Shown: positions 55,637 to 64,000 of the stretch, one piece after another | Numbering within the stretch: the first letter of the stretch is position 1 | Layout: every line of letters begins with the position of its first letter | Assembly: GCA_958349055.1 (NCBI GenBank) | Contig: CATWBO010000002.1 | Span: 36,539 to 100,538 of the forward strand | Source: an uncultured bacterium | Lineage (GTDB): Bacteria > Actinomycetota > Coriobacteriia > Coriobacteriales > Coriobacteriaceae | Direction: 5' to 3' | Length of the DNA: 64,000 nucleotides | The notes under the pieces: generated by a model | Told to the model about the DNA's origin: nothing | Database searches by the model: none | The model's input: the letters and a program-made list of their open reading frames with translations, nothing else | Program-made: the position numbers and the translations under genes

Positions 55637-57448
55637 ATGAATACTTCAATTGACATTTCCCACATCCGCAACTTCTCGATTGTTGCGCACATCGACCATG
55701 GCAAGTCCACGATCAGTGACCGCATCCTCGAGCTCACCCATACCGTCGACGAGCGCGATATGGAGTCGCAGCTACTCGATACGATGGACATCGAGCGCGA
55801 GCGCGGCATTACAATCAAGTCCAATGCCGTCCGCGTCTCCTATGATGCCGACGACGGCGAGACGTATCAGTTCAACCTGATCGATACGCCGGGCCACGTG
55901 GACTTTACCTACGAGGTCTCGCGTTCGCTGGCCGCCTGCGAGGGCGCGGTACTGGTCGTCGACGCCACGCAGGGCGTCGAGGCGCAGACCGTCTCCAACG
56001 CTACGCTCGCCATGAACGCCAATCTGGACATTGTGCCGGCCATCAACAAGATCGACTTGCCCTCGGCCCATCCCGATGAGGTTAAGACCGAGATCGAGGA
56101 TGACCTGGCGATTCCTGCCGATGATGCCGTGTGCGTATCGGGCAAGACTGGCGAAGGTATCCACGATCTGCTGGAGTCCATCGTCTTTTTGATCTCTCCG
56201 CCTAAGGGCGATGCAAACGCTCCGCTCAAAGCGCTCATTCTGGATTCGTACTTTGACGAGTATCGCGGTGTGGTAGCCACGGTGCGCGTCTTCGATGGTT
56301 CCATCAAAAAGGGCGATACGCTGCGTATGATGCAGGCAGAAGGTGACTTTTTGGTCGACGGCGTGGGCGTCAAGCGTCCTGCAGAGACCCCGGTTGATGC
56401 GCTGACGGTTGGCGAGGTCGGTTACGTGGTCACGGGCTTGAAGGACCCCGAGGCCGTTCGCGTGGGCGACACCCTTACCTGGGCGTTGAACCCCTGCCCC
56501 GAGCCGCTTCCGGGCTACCGCGAGGCCAAGCCCATGGTCTATACGGGCCTGTTCCCGATCGACAACAAGGATTACGAGAACCTGCGCGACGCACTCGATA
56601 AGCTCCACGTGAACGATCCGTCGTTGGTGTGGGAGCCCGAGACGTCCGTGGCACTCGGCTTTGGCTTCCGCGTGGGCTTCTTGGGCCTGCTGCACATGGA
56701 GGTCGTCAAGGAGCGCCTGGAGCGCGAGTTCAACCTGGACCTTATTGCCACGAGTCCTTCGGTCGACTATCACGTGTACAAGACCGATGGCGAGATGATC
56801 GATGTCCGCAGTCCGCAGGACCTGCCCGAGGCCACGCGTATCGAGCGCATCGAGGAGCCGTACCTCAAGGCTAAGATCATCTGTCCGCCCGAGTATACGG
56901 GTGCCGTCATGCAGCTCGCCATCGAGCACCGCGGCGTGACGACCGACATGATCCATCTCACGAGCAAATCGGTCGAGATGCGCTTCGATATGCCGCTCGC
57001 CGAGCTTATCTTGGACTTCTTTGACCAGCTCAAGAGCCGCACCAAGGGTTACGCCTCGTTGGACTACGAGTTCAACGAGTACCGTCCATCCGAGCTTGTG
57101 AAGCTCGATATCCTGCTTTCGGGCGACGAGGTGGACGCACTGTCGTTTATCGTCCACAAGGACAAGGCCTACGGTCTTGCCCGCGGCCTGTGCGACAAGC
57201 TCAAGGAGATTATTCCGCGTCAGCTGTTCGAGGTGCCCATCCAGGGTGCTATCGGCAACAAGATCATTGCCCGCTCCACCGTTAAGGCGCGTCGCAAGGA
57301 TGTGCTTGCCAAGTGCTACGGCGGCGATATTTCGCGTAAGCGCAAACTGCTCGAGAAGCAGAAAGAGGGCAAGAAGCGCATGAAGGCCATCGGCTCGGTC
57401 GAGGTTCCTCAGGAGGCGTTTATGGCGATTCTCAAGGTGGACGAGTAG
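55637..57448 (+). CDS. lepA: Elongation factor 4 (LepA)
   Basis: [32 protein letters not shown] and the LepA-specific C-terminal domain ([25 protein letters not shown]). ATG55637. The ORF-track start at 55577 lies inside the rpsT terminator. Confidence 0.96.
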   Translation: MNTSIDISHIRNFSIVAHIDHGKSTISDRILELTHTVDERDMESQLLDTMDIERERGITIKSNAVRVSYDADDGETYQFNLIDTPGHVDFTYEVSRSLAACEGAVLVVDATQGVEAQTVSNATLAMNANLDIVPAINKIDLPSAHPDEVKTEIEDDLAIPADDAVCVSGKTGEGIHDLLESIVFLISPPKGDANAPLKALILDSYFDEYRGVVATVRVFDGSIKKGDTLRMMQAEGDFLVDGVGVKRPAETPVDALTVGEVGYVVTGLKDPEAVRVGDTLTWALNPCPEPLPGYREAKPMVYTGLFPIDNKDYENLRDALDKLHVNDPSLVWEPETSVALGFGFRVGFLGLLHMEVVKERLEREFNLDLIATSPSVDYHVYKTDGEMIDVRSPQDLPEATRIERIEEPYLKAKIICPPEYTGAVMQLAIEHRGVTTDMIHLTSKSVEMRFDMPLAELILDFFDQLKSRTKGYASLDYEFNEYRPSELVKLDILLSGDEVDALSFIVHKDKAYGLARGLCDKLKEIIPRQLFEVPIQGAIGNKIIARSTVKARRKDVLAKCYGGDISRKRKLLEKQKEGKKRMKAIGSVEVPQEAFMAILKVDE

Positions 57449-57452
57449 GTCT

Positions 57453-58496
57453 ATGGCGCTTTCCGAATATAGTCAGCGGCTGCTGGGCGCCTATGCCGAG
57501 CAGCCGTTCCTTATGGCTCCCATGGCGGGCGTGACCGACCCCGCCTACCGCATCATGTGCCGCCGCCGCGGTGCCAACCTTGCCTACAGCGAGATGGTGA
57601 GCGTGGCGGGCCTTGCCTATGCCAGCAACAAGACCTGGCGCCTGGTGCTACCGGCCGATGAGGAACAGCAGATTTGCGTGCAACTCTTTGGCTCCAAGCC
57701 CGATCAGTTTGCGAGCGCCGTCGCCGCTGTCGAGGAGCGCGTTGGCGATCGCCTGTCGCTCATCGATATCAATATGGCATGCCCCGCCCGCAAGGTCGTT
57801 ACCAAGGCCGAGGGCTCGGCGCTCATGCGCACGCCTGATCTGGCGGAGAAGATCGTCGAGGCCACGGTGGGTGCGGCGCACGTGCCCGTGACCGTCAAGA
57901 TTCGCAAGGGCTTTTATGCCGAGGACCGCAATGCCGCAACATTTGCCCAGATGCTTGAGGGTGCAGGGGCTGCCGCAGTCGCCGTGCATGGACGTTGCGC
58001 CACACAGCTCTACACGGGCCAGGCCGATTGGTCGGTCGTCGATGAGGTCGCAGATGCCGTCGAGATTCCCGTGATCGGTTCGGGCGACGTGTTCTGCGCC
58101 GAGGATGCCGCGGAGCATCTGCGCAACTCGGGTGCCAGCGCGGTGTTCATCGCGCGCGGTATCTACGGTAATCCCTGGGTCTTTGGTGATGCTCGCGCTC
58201 TTGCGCTCGATGGCATACCGGTGCCGCCGCGCAGCTCCGTCGAGCGCCTGGACGCCCTGCGTGAGCACCTAACGCTGACGCATGAGCTCCTGCCGCTCAT
58301 GTCGCGCGCCCGCACGTACGCAAGCTGGTACTTAAAAGGCATGCCCCATGCCGCCGCTTGGCGTGCCCAGGTGGTGCGCTGCTCCACGTATGAGGAGTTC
58401 ATGGCACTGGTCGATGAGATCGAGCGCGATGTGGTGGCCTGCGAGGCTGCCCTTGCTGCCGGAGAATCGGTGCCCCCTCATCCGCTGGAGGCGTAA
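57453..58496 (+). CDS. dus: tRNA dihydrouridine synthase
   Basis: MAPMAGVTDPAYRIMCRRRGA, QLFGS, DINMACP and VTVKIRKG (TIM-barrel FMN Dus signatures). Confidence 0.9.
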   Translation: MALSEYSQRLLGAYAEQPFLMAPMAGVTDPAYRIMCRRRGANLAYSEMVSVAGLAYASNKTWRLVLPADEEQQICVQLFGSKPDQFASAVAAVEERVGDRLSLIDINMACPARKVVTKAEGSALMRTPDLAEKIVEATVGAAHVPVTVKIRKGFYAEDRNAATFAQMLEGAGAAAVAVHGRCATQLYTGQADWSVVDEVADAVEIPVIGSGDVFCAEDAAEHLRNSGASAVFIARGIYGNPWVFGDARALALDGIPVPPRSSVERLDALREHLTLTHELLPLMSRARTYASWYLKGMPHAAAWRAQVVRCSTYEEFMALVDEIERDVVACEAALAAGESVPPHPLEA

Positions 58497-58498
58497 GG

Positions 58499-59731
58499 GT
58501 GGCCGTTACCGCGCTGTATTCGCACGTGCCGTTCTGTGCCCAAAAGTGCCGCTACTGCGACTTTGATTCGCGCAGTTTCGCTCCGTGCGAGCTGGGTGAT
58601 GCGCTCGATGCCTATTTTGAGCAGATGTACGCGCGCCTCGATGCTTTTGGCAAGGCTGGGGCCCTCGACCAGATCCGCACCGTCTATGTTGGCGGCGGCA
58701 CGCCGTCGCTGGCGGGGGAGCGCCTGGTGGAGCTGGCGCGGCGTATTCGTGCGTGGCTCGCCCCCGTTGAGTTTACCTGCGAGGCTAATCCCGAGTCGCT
58801 GACCGCCGAGCTAGCCGTTGCACTTGCCAAGGTTGGTGTCACACGCGTTTCTCTGGGCGTGCAAACGCTCGATAACACCGAACTTACCGCCATCGGCCGT
58901 ATTCATGATGCCGATCGGGCGCTCGCTGCCATCGCGACGGTCAAGAACGCTGGGCTTGACGTGTCGTGCGACCTTATGTGCGGACTTCCTGGGCAGACCG
59001 CAGCGAGTTGGAAGCGTACGCTCGATGGCGTGCTGGCGGCGGCTCCGCATCATGTGTCGGTTTACCCGCTCACGCTCGAGGAGGGGACGCCCCTCTATCG
59101 CATGGCGTGCCGCGACGAGTCGCTCGAGCCCGATGAGGATTTTCAGGCCGCCTGCATGGACGTGGCGCGCGAGCGTATGGGTGCGGCCGGCTATCACCCG
59201 TATGAGGTCGCAAGCTACGCGCTTGACGGCCATGAGTGCGCCCACAACATTGCCTATTGGACCGGACAGGGCTACCTGGGCCTGGGCCGTTCTGCCGCCG
59301 GTATGCTCGATGCCGAGGATTTCGACCGTCTTGCAGGGCTGTTCCCCGGCGTGTCTTCTCGAGGCGATGCGCACCGCGTGCGTCTGGTGCAACGCGACGA
59401 TGCCGCGACGGCGTTCGAGGCCGAATATCTGTCGCAGCGCGAGGCTGCGGCCGAAGACCTGATGCTCGCCTGTCGCATGACACGCGGTGTTGGGCCCGAC
59501 CTGTTGGTTCGCGCGGCTTGCGTCATCCCAACGGATGAGCTGGCGGCTGCCTGCGATCGCGCGCTCGAATTGGGTCTTGCCACGTGGGTGCTCGAGGCGC
59601 CCGGGGTCCATGAGGGCCCCTTCACTTCGGCCGATGTCATCACGGGCCATGTTCGAGCTCGTTTAGCGCCGACACACCTGGGTTGGCTCGATGGAAATGT
59701 TCTGTTCGAGCTGTTTTGGGGTCTAGCTTAG
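58499..59731 (+). CDS. hemW: Radical SAM heme chaperone HemW / oxygen-independent coproporphyrinogen oxidase-like
   Basis: LYSHVPFCAQKCRYCDF (CxxxCxxC), VYVGGGTPS, and the HemN_C-like C-terminus. Position after lepA is conserved. Confidence 0.88.
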   Translation: MAVTALYSHVPFCAQKCRYCDFDSRSFAPCELGDALDAYFEQMYARLDAFGKAGALDQIRTVYVGGGTPSLAGERLVELARRIRAWLAPVEFTCEANPESLTAELAVALAKVGVTRVSLGVQTLDNTELTAIGRIHDADRALAAIATVKNAGLDVSCDLMCGLPGQTAASWKRTLDGVLAAAPHHVSVYPLTLEEGTPLYRMACRDESLEPDEDFQAACMDVARERMGAAGYHPYEVASYALDGHECAHNIAYWTGQGYLGLGRSAAGMLDAEDFDRLAGLFPGVSSRGDAHRVRLVQRDDAATAFEAEYLSQREAAAEDLMLACRMTRGVGPDLLVRAACVIPTDELAAACDRALELGLATWVLEAPGVHEGPFTSADVITGHVRARLAPTHLGWLDGNVLFELFWGLA

Positions 59732-59789
59732 GCCGCTCGGGTAGAATTACCGCAATATATACGCTGCTGTGAGCAGGAGGTTGCCGCGC

Positions 59790-60893
59790 ATGGCGACGAT
59801 GAACGAAAAAGATTACTACGAGATCCTGGGTGTCTCCAAGGACGCCTCCTCGCGTGATATTCAAAAGGCCTTCCAGCAAAAGGCCCGCAAGCTCCATCCG
59901 GACGTCAACAAGGAGCCGGATGCCGAGGAAAAGTTTAAAGAGGTCTCTGAGGCCTATGCCGTGCTTTCGGATGAGCAGAAGCGCGCGCGTTACGACGCCA
60001 TGCGCTCGGGGAATCCCTTTGCCGGTGCGCCGACGGCTTCGCCCTATGGTGGCGGCTATGCTGGCAACACAGGCTATGGCAACCCCTTTGAGGGCGGTTT
60101 TCCCTTCGGTGGCGCTTGGGGCCAGCCGCGTCGCGGTCAGGCTGCCTACAACCCCGAGAACGGCGCCAACGTGGTCGTCGACATTAAGCTCGACGCCAAG
60201 GAGGCAAAGGAAGGCGCCCGTAAGACCGTGCGCTATGCGCATTACGATACTTGCGGTCATTGCGGAGGATCGGGCTCCGTTTCGTCCGAGCATGCCCATA
60301 CCTGTCCGAGCTGCGGCGGTCGAGGCCATATCGATGTCGACCTGTCCTTCCTGTTCGGCGCCGGCACGTTCCAGTCGGTCTGTCCCGAGTGCGGCGGTTC
60401 CGGCAAGGTCGTGGCCGACCCGTGCCCCGATTGCGGTGGCAGCGGCCGTACCCGCGTGACCTCCGAGCAGACGATCGAGTTCCCCGCCGGCACCCACGAC
60501 GGAGACGAAGTGCGTATCCCCAACATGGGCCACGCCGGCACCAACGGCGCTTCGGGCGGTGACTTGGTCGGCCGCGCACATGTTGAGGCCGAGCGCCTGG
60601 AAGGCAAAGCGCGCACCGGCTTTTACCTCATGGGCATCATCGCGCCGTTCTTGGTGCTGTCGGCCATTTCGGGCGTGTTCTCGGCCTTTGCCATGATGTG
60701 CTTCATTCCGTTTGCCATGGGCCTGTTTATGGTGCTCTCGGATGGCGTGCTTCACCGAAGCCTGCTGTGGTGGAAGCGCGGCGCGATGCAGTTTGCCAAC
60801 GGTTTTGCCAACGGCTTCATGTTCGCGCTCGTGTCGGTTTGGTTCGCGAGCTGCTCGCAACGGGCCATGCTTTCGCCGTACCAAATGCAATAA
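59790..60893 (+). CDS. Membrane-anchored DnaJ-like protein (J domain + G/F + Zn finger/CTD-I, with C-terminal TM helices replacing CTD-II)
   Basis: [13 protein letters not shown]...[28 protein letters not shown] (HPD). Four CxxCxGxG repeats ([32 protein letters not shown]). Then hydrophobic stretches [39 protein letters not shown] and [16 protein letters not shown]59790 lies 9 nt after GGAGG. Confidence 0.85.
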   Translation: MATMNEKDYYEILGVSKDASSRDIQKAFQQKARKLHPDVNKEPDAEEKFKEVSEAYAVLSDEQKRARYDAMRSGNPFAGAPTASPYGGGYAGNTGYGNPFEGGFPFGGAWGQPRRGQAAYNPENGANVVVDIKLDAKEAKEGARKTVRYAHYDTCGHCGGSGSVSSEHAHTCPSCGGRGHIDVDLSFLFGAGTFQSVCPECGGSGKVVADPCPDCGGSGRTRVTSEQTIEFPAGTHDGDEVRIPNMGHAGTNGASGGDLVGRAHVEAERLEGKARTGFYLMGIIAPFLVLSAISGVFSAFAMMCFIPFAMGLFMVLSDGVLHRSLLWWKRGAMQFANGFANGFMFALVSVWFASCSQRAMLSPYQMQ

Positions 60894-60974
60894 CATCAAA
60901 CCCTCTGTTTGCGGTCGGCCCAGCTTGGGTATAGGACGCACTGTGACAATAATGAAAGTCGGAAGGATTCGGTC

Positions 60975-62123
60975 GTGTCGGAAAATAGGGATTACTACGA
61001 GGTACTTGGCGTCGACAGGGATGCCGACGCGCGGACGATCAAGCGCGCGTTTCTAAAGAAGGCCCGTACCGTACACCCGGATGTTTCGGACGACCCCGAG
61101 GCCGAGGCCAAGTTCAAGGAGCTCAACGAAGCCTATTCCGTTCTTTCTGACGAACAGAAGCGCGCTAACTATGACCGTTACGGCACCGCCGACGGCCCTG
61201 GTGGCTCTGGCTATGTCGACATCAATGATATCTTTGGCGGCATGGGCATGGACGACCTGTTCTCGTCGTTCTTTGGCGGTGGCGCCGGTGGTGGCGCCCG
61301 TAGCCGTCGTGAGCGTCGTCGCGGTCGCGATATGGCTATCTCGCTATCGGTGACCCTTGAGGAAGCGGCGCTCGGCTGCAAAAAGACGATCAGCTATGAT
61401 CGCCTGGCCCCCTGCGATGACTGCAACGGTACCGGTAGGGCCGAGGGTGCGACCGAAAAGCAGTGCGGCCGCTGCCATGGCACGGGTTATGTCACCACGG
61501 TCCAGCGTTCGTTCCTGGGCCAGGTTCAGTCTTCCTCTCCCTGCCCCGACTGCCATGGTGAGGGCACGGTTATCGACCATCCCTGCGAGACCTGCGACGG
61601 TCAGGGCCGCACGCCTTCGCACGAAAAGATCGACATCGATATTCCCGCCGGCGTTTCGACCGGTCGCCAGCTGCGTGTGAGCGGCTTTGGCGAGGCCGGC
61701 CTTCGCGGCGAGCCTTCGGGCGACCTGATTGTCAACGTGCGCGTTGCCGACCATGAGCGCTTTAAGCGCAACGGTGACGACCTGTACCTCGTGAGCGATA
61801 TCTCGATTGCGCAGGCTGCGCTCGGCTGCGAGATCGAGGTCGAGGGCATTATGCCCGACGAGGTCGTTAAGGTGACGGTTCCCGCCGGCGCCCAGTACGG
61901 CGACACCGTGAGCGTCAATAATTACGGCATGCCGCGCATTGGCGGTGGCGGTTCGCGTGGCCGCCTGATCGTGCAACTGCGCGTGGTCGTTCCCACCAAT
62001 CTTTCCAATAAACAACGCGAGCTGCTCCGTGCTTTTGCCGATGAGATGGGCGATGACGTCGCTTCCGGTAAGAAGTCGGTGACCGACCGTATCAAGAGTG
62101 CCCTCGACGATATCCTCGATTAA
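60975..62123 (+). CDS. dnaJ: Molecular chaperone DnaJ (type I, full length)
   Basis: RDYYEVLGV...VHPDV, G/F region, four CxxCxGxG repeats, and CTD-I/II with dimerisation tail. GTG60975 follows GGAAGGA. The ORF-track start at 60909 is not homologous. Confidence 0.93.
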   Translation: MSENRDYYEVLGVDRDADARTIKRAFLKKARTVHPDVSDDPEAEAKFKELNEAYSVLSDEQKRANYDRYGTADGPGGSGYVDINDIFGGMGMDDLFSSFFGGGAGGGARSRRERRRGRDMAISLSVTLEEAALGCKKTISYDRLAPCDDCNGTGRAEGATEKQCGRCHGTGYVTTVQRSFLGQVQSSSPCPDCHGEGTVIDHPCETCDGQGRTPSHEKIDIDIPAGVSTGRQLRVSGFGEAGLRGEPSGDLIVNVRVADHERFKRNGDDLYLVSDISIAQAALGCEIEVEGIMPDEVVKVTVPAGAQYGDTVSVNNYGMPRIGGGGSRGRLIVQLRVVVPTNLSNKQRELLRAFADEMGDDVASGKKSVTDRIKSALDDILD

Positions 62124-62132
62124 GGAGCCCGC

Positions 62133-63425
62133 GTGCTCGCACCCCATATTTCCGTCGTCAACCTCGGCTGCCGTGTCAACCGGGTTGAGTCTGACCGTAT
62201 CACTGCCGATCTTATGCGCCTGGGCTTTGCTATGGTGGAGCCCCAGGATGCCGATCTGATCGTCATTAACACCTGTGCCGTTACGGGCGAGGCCGAGGCC
62301 AAGACCCGTAAGGCCGTCCGTCATGCGCTGGCCCATCCAAACGAGCCTTATGTGCTCGTGACCGGTTGCGTGGTCAATTTGCATCCCGAGGAGCTGTTGG
62401 AGCTTTCGGATCGCGTGATCGCCGAGCCGTCCAAGATCGATGTCGCCGAACGTGTCTGCGAGGTGCTGGGCGTTGAGTCCGATAGCGTTCCCGCCTGCAG
62501 CGATGGCGAGGTGGTCGATGCGCTCGGTCGTTCGCGGCTGGGCGTGAAGATCCAGGATGGCTGCAACCACCGCTGCACCTATTGCATCGTGTGGAAGGCC
62601 CGCGGCCCCGAGCGCTCCGTGCCCGTCGAGTCCGTGCTCGATCAGGTGCGCGAGGCGCAGGAGGCCGGCGTGCCCGAAGTGGTGCTGACTGGCGTGAACC
62701 TGGGCGCCTATGACGGCAAGAGCAAGACCGACGAGCATGTCGAGATCGATGAGCTGCTCGAGGCCATCATGGAGCGCACGACTATTGCGCATGTGCGCAT
62801 TTCCTCGGTCGAACCCATGGATATCTCTGAGCGCCTGCTTAAGGTTATGGCGCGCTATCCGCAGCGTATCGCCCCGTTTTTGCACCTGCCCGTGCAGTCC
62901 GGCTGTACGGCGACCCTGCATCGCATGGGTCGTCCCTATAGTGCGGAGGCCTTTGAGGACACGGTGCGTATGATTCGCGCCAACTTGCCCCAGGCGTCTC
63001 TTTCGTGCGATGTCATCGTCGGTTTTCCTGGTGAGACGGACGAGGAGTTCGAGGAGTCGCTGTCGCTGTGCCGCCGTGTGGGTTTCTCGCGTATGCACGT
63101 GTTCCGCTACAGCAAGCGTCCCGGTACCCTTGCCGCCGATATGCCCGACCAGGTGCCGCCCGAGGTTATGGCCGAGCGCAGCCGCCGTATGCGATCCGCG
63201 GCGCAGGAGCTCGCCCTTGCCGACGCTCGCCGTCGCGTGGGCACCGTCGAGCGAGCCGTGCTCGAGTATGGCGACAACCTGACGCTCGGCTCGTTCCATC
63301 ATGCCCGTCTTGACGATACCTGTGGACTTACAGCCCCGTGCCTGCTTGATGTTGCTATCATCGGAGTCGATGATTCCGGCTTGGTCCATGCACGCAGGGA
63401 GGTTCATGGAAGCCTCGAAGATTAG
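62133..63425 (+). CDS. mtaB: Radical SAM methylthiotransferase, MtaB-like (MiaB/RimO family)
   Basis: N-terminal UPF0004 domain (NLGCRVNRVESD...INTCAVTGEAE), rSAM motif GCNHRCTYCIV, and a TRAM-like C-terminus. Confidence 0.85.
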   Translation: MLAPHISVVNLGCRVNRVESDRITADLMRLGFAMVEPQDADLIVINTCAVTGEAEAKTRKAVRHALAHPNEPYVLVTGCVVNLHPEELLELSDRVIAEPSKIDVAERVCEVLGVESDSVPACSDGEVVDALGRSRLGVKIQDGCNHRCTYCIVWKARGPERSVPVESVLDQVREAQEAGVPEVVLTGVNLGAYDGKSKTDEHVEIDELLEAIMERTTIAHVRISSVEPMDISERLLKVMARYPQRIAPFLHLPVQSGCTATLHRMGRPYSAEAFEDTVRMIRANLPQASLSCDVIVGFPGETDEEFEESLSLCRRVGFSRMHVFRYSKRPGTLAADMPDQVPPEVMAERSRRMRSAAQELALADARRRVGTVERAVLEYGDNLTLGSFHHARLDDTCGLTAPCLLDVAIIGVDDSGLVHARREVHGSLED

Positions 63426-64000
63426 ACTTACCGTTCCCGAGGGTATTGACCCCTCACGCGTTTTGGGTGCCGGCGACGGCGTCCTACGTGCGCTCGAGAG
63501 CCTGGTTCGCGCCCATGTGGTCGCCCGCGGCGATAGCATCGCCGTGAGCGGTGATGCGGACGAGGTTGAGCTCGTGGCGCGCTTTTTCGAACATGCTTTT
63601 CGCGAGGCGGCCGCCGGGCGCACCCTGTCTGCCGACGATGTCTCGCGCTGCCTGGCCGTCTTGCGCGATGGTGAGCATGATGCGTCGTCGCTGCGTGATG
63701 ACGTACTGCTGTCGTATCGCGGCCGTGTCATCCGCCCCAAGACGCTCGGTCAAAAGCGCTATGTGGATGCCATCCGCTCTCATACCATCACGTTTGGCCT
63801 GGGTCCTGCCGGCACCGGTAAGACCTATCTTGCCATGGCGCTCGCCGTTGCTGCACTCAAGCGCCACGAGGTGGGTCGCCTGGTCCTGACGCGCCCCGTT
63901 GTCGAGGCGGGGGAGAACTTGGGCTTCTTGCCTGGCACCCTCGAGGAAAAGATCGATCCCTACATGCGTCCGCTCTACGATGCCCTCTTTGACATGATGG
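63406..64000 (+). CDS. phoH: PhoH-like ATPase (partial; 3' end beyond the window)
   Basis: Not in the ORF track because no stop lies inside the window. My translation from ATG63406 (after GGGAGG) gives ...RPKTLGQKRYVDAIRSHTITFGLGPAGTGKTYLAMALAV..LTRPVVEAGENLGFLPG. Overlaps the mtaB 3' end by 20 nt. Confidence 0.88.
   Translation, partial: MEASKIRLTVPEGIDPSRVLGAGDGVLRALESLVRAHVVARGDSIAVSGDADEVELVARFFEHAFREAAAGRTLSADDVSRCLAVLRDGEHDASSLRDDVLLSYRGRVIRPKTLGQKRYVDAIRSHTITFGLGPAGTGKTYLAMALAVAALKRHEVGRLVLTRPVVEAGENLGFLPGTLEEKIDPYMRPLYDALFDMM

Noticed and set aside
57333-57344. Third occurrence of CGCGTAAGCGCA, a 12-nt subset of the PDRP/ppdK leader hairpin
   Set aside because: It lies inside the lepA coding sequence (ISRKRKL) in frame with conserved residues. 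It is a chance match, and I use it as a caveat for the leader-hairpin finding.
59732-60974. Search for hrcA and a CIRCE operator (TTAGCACTC-N9-GAGTGCTAA) around the two J-protein genes
   Set aside because: No CIRCE-like inverted repeat is visible in either upstream spacer (59732-59789, 60894-60974). No HrcA-like ORF is present in any frame.
61344-63740. 798-aa minus-strand ORF antisense to dnaJ, mtaB and phoH
   Set aside because: It crosses three well-supported plus-strand genes. Its composition is typical of GC-rich antisense artefacts.

Overview
GC-rich, almost entirely plus-strand housekeeping segment of an Actinomycetota-type chromosome. An actinobacterial mIHF gene sits in Firmicute-style gene order: rodA / radical-SAM pair / rplU-rpmA-obg-nadD-yqeK-rsfS; rpsP-KH-rimM-trmD-lepB; glyQS; rplS-rnhB-yraN-comM-dprA-trmFO-xerC-rpsB-tsf-pyrH-frr-uppS-cdsA-dxr-rseP-ispG-proS; pyrRBCKDF; mihF-gmk-rpoZ-thiI; comEA-comEC-holA-rpsT-lepA-dus-hemW-dnaJ-mtaB-phoH. 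With adhE and ppdK, this makes a Coriobacteriia-like anaerobe my best guess (inference only). I call 62 protein genes; only dinB, a small kinase-fold gene, adhE and rpmB are on the minus strand. I also call about a dozen intrinsic terminators, a few promoters, and one mobile element, a RAYT/IS200-like HUH transposase flanked by doubled inverted REP-like ends. I recognised no rRNA, tRNA, CRISPR array, prophage or defence island. This is mostly ordinary core genome and I found no clear new multi-gene system. The best candidate for something undescribed is regulatory: an identical AT-rich 20-nt box (TTTGGTCAGCTTTTGGTTTG) lies 72 and 77 nt upstream of the two DNA-uptake/processing operons (yraN-comM-dprA and comEA-comEC). 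Other points worth a second look: a membrane-anchored truncated DnaJ paralogue where hrcA-grpE-dnaK sits in Bacillus; a 78-nt near-perfect AT-rich hairpin between the PPDK regulator gene and ppdK; an identical GNRA mini-hairpin in front of both of those genes; xerC, whose conserved N-terminus lacks an ATG/GTG/TTG start; and a DUF697-like orphan next to an uncharacterised radical-SAM/DUF2344 pair. All coordinates of small motifs were hand-indexed and may be off by 1-2 nt. All family assignments come from reading the translations, not from database searches.
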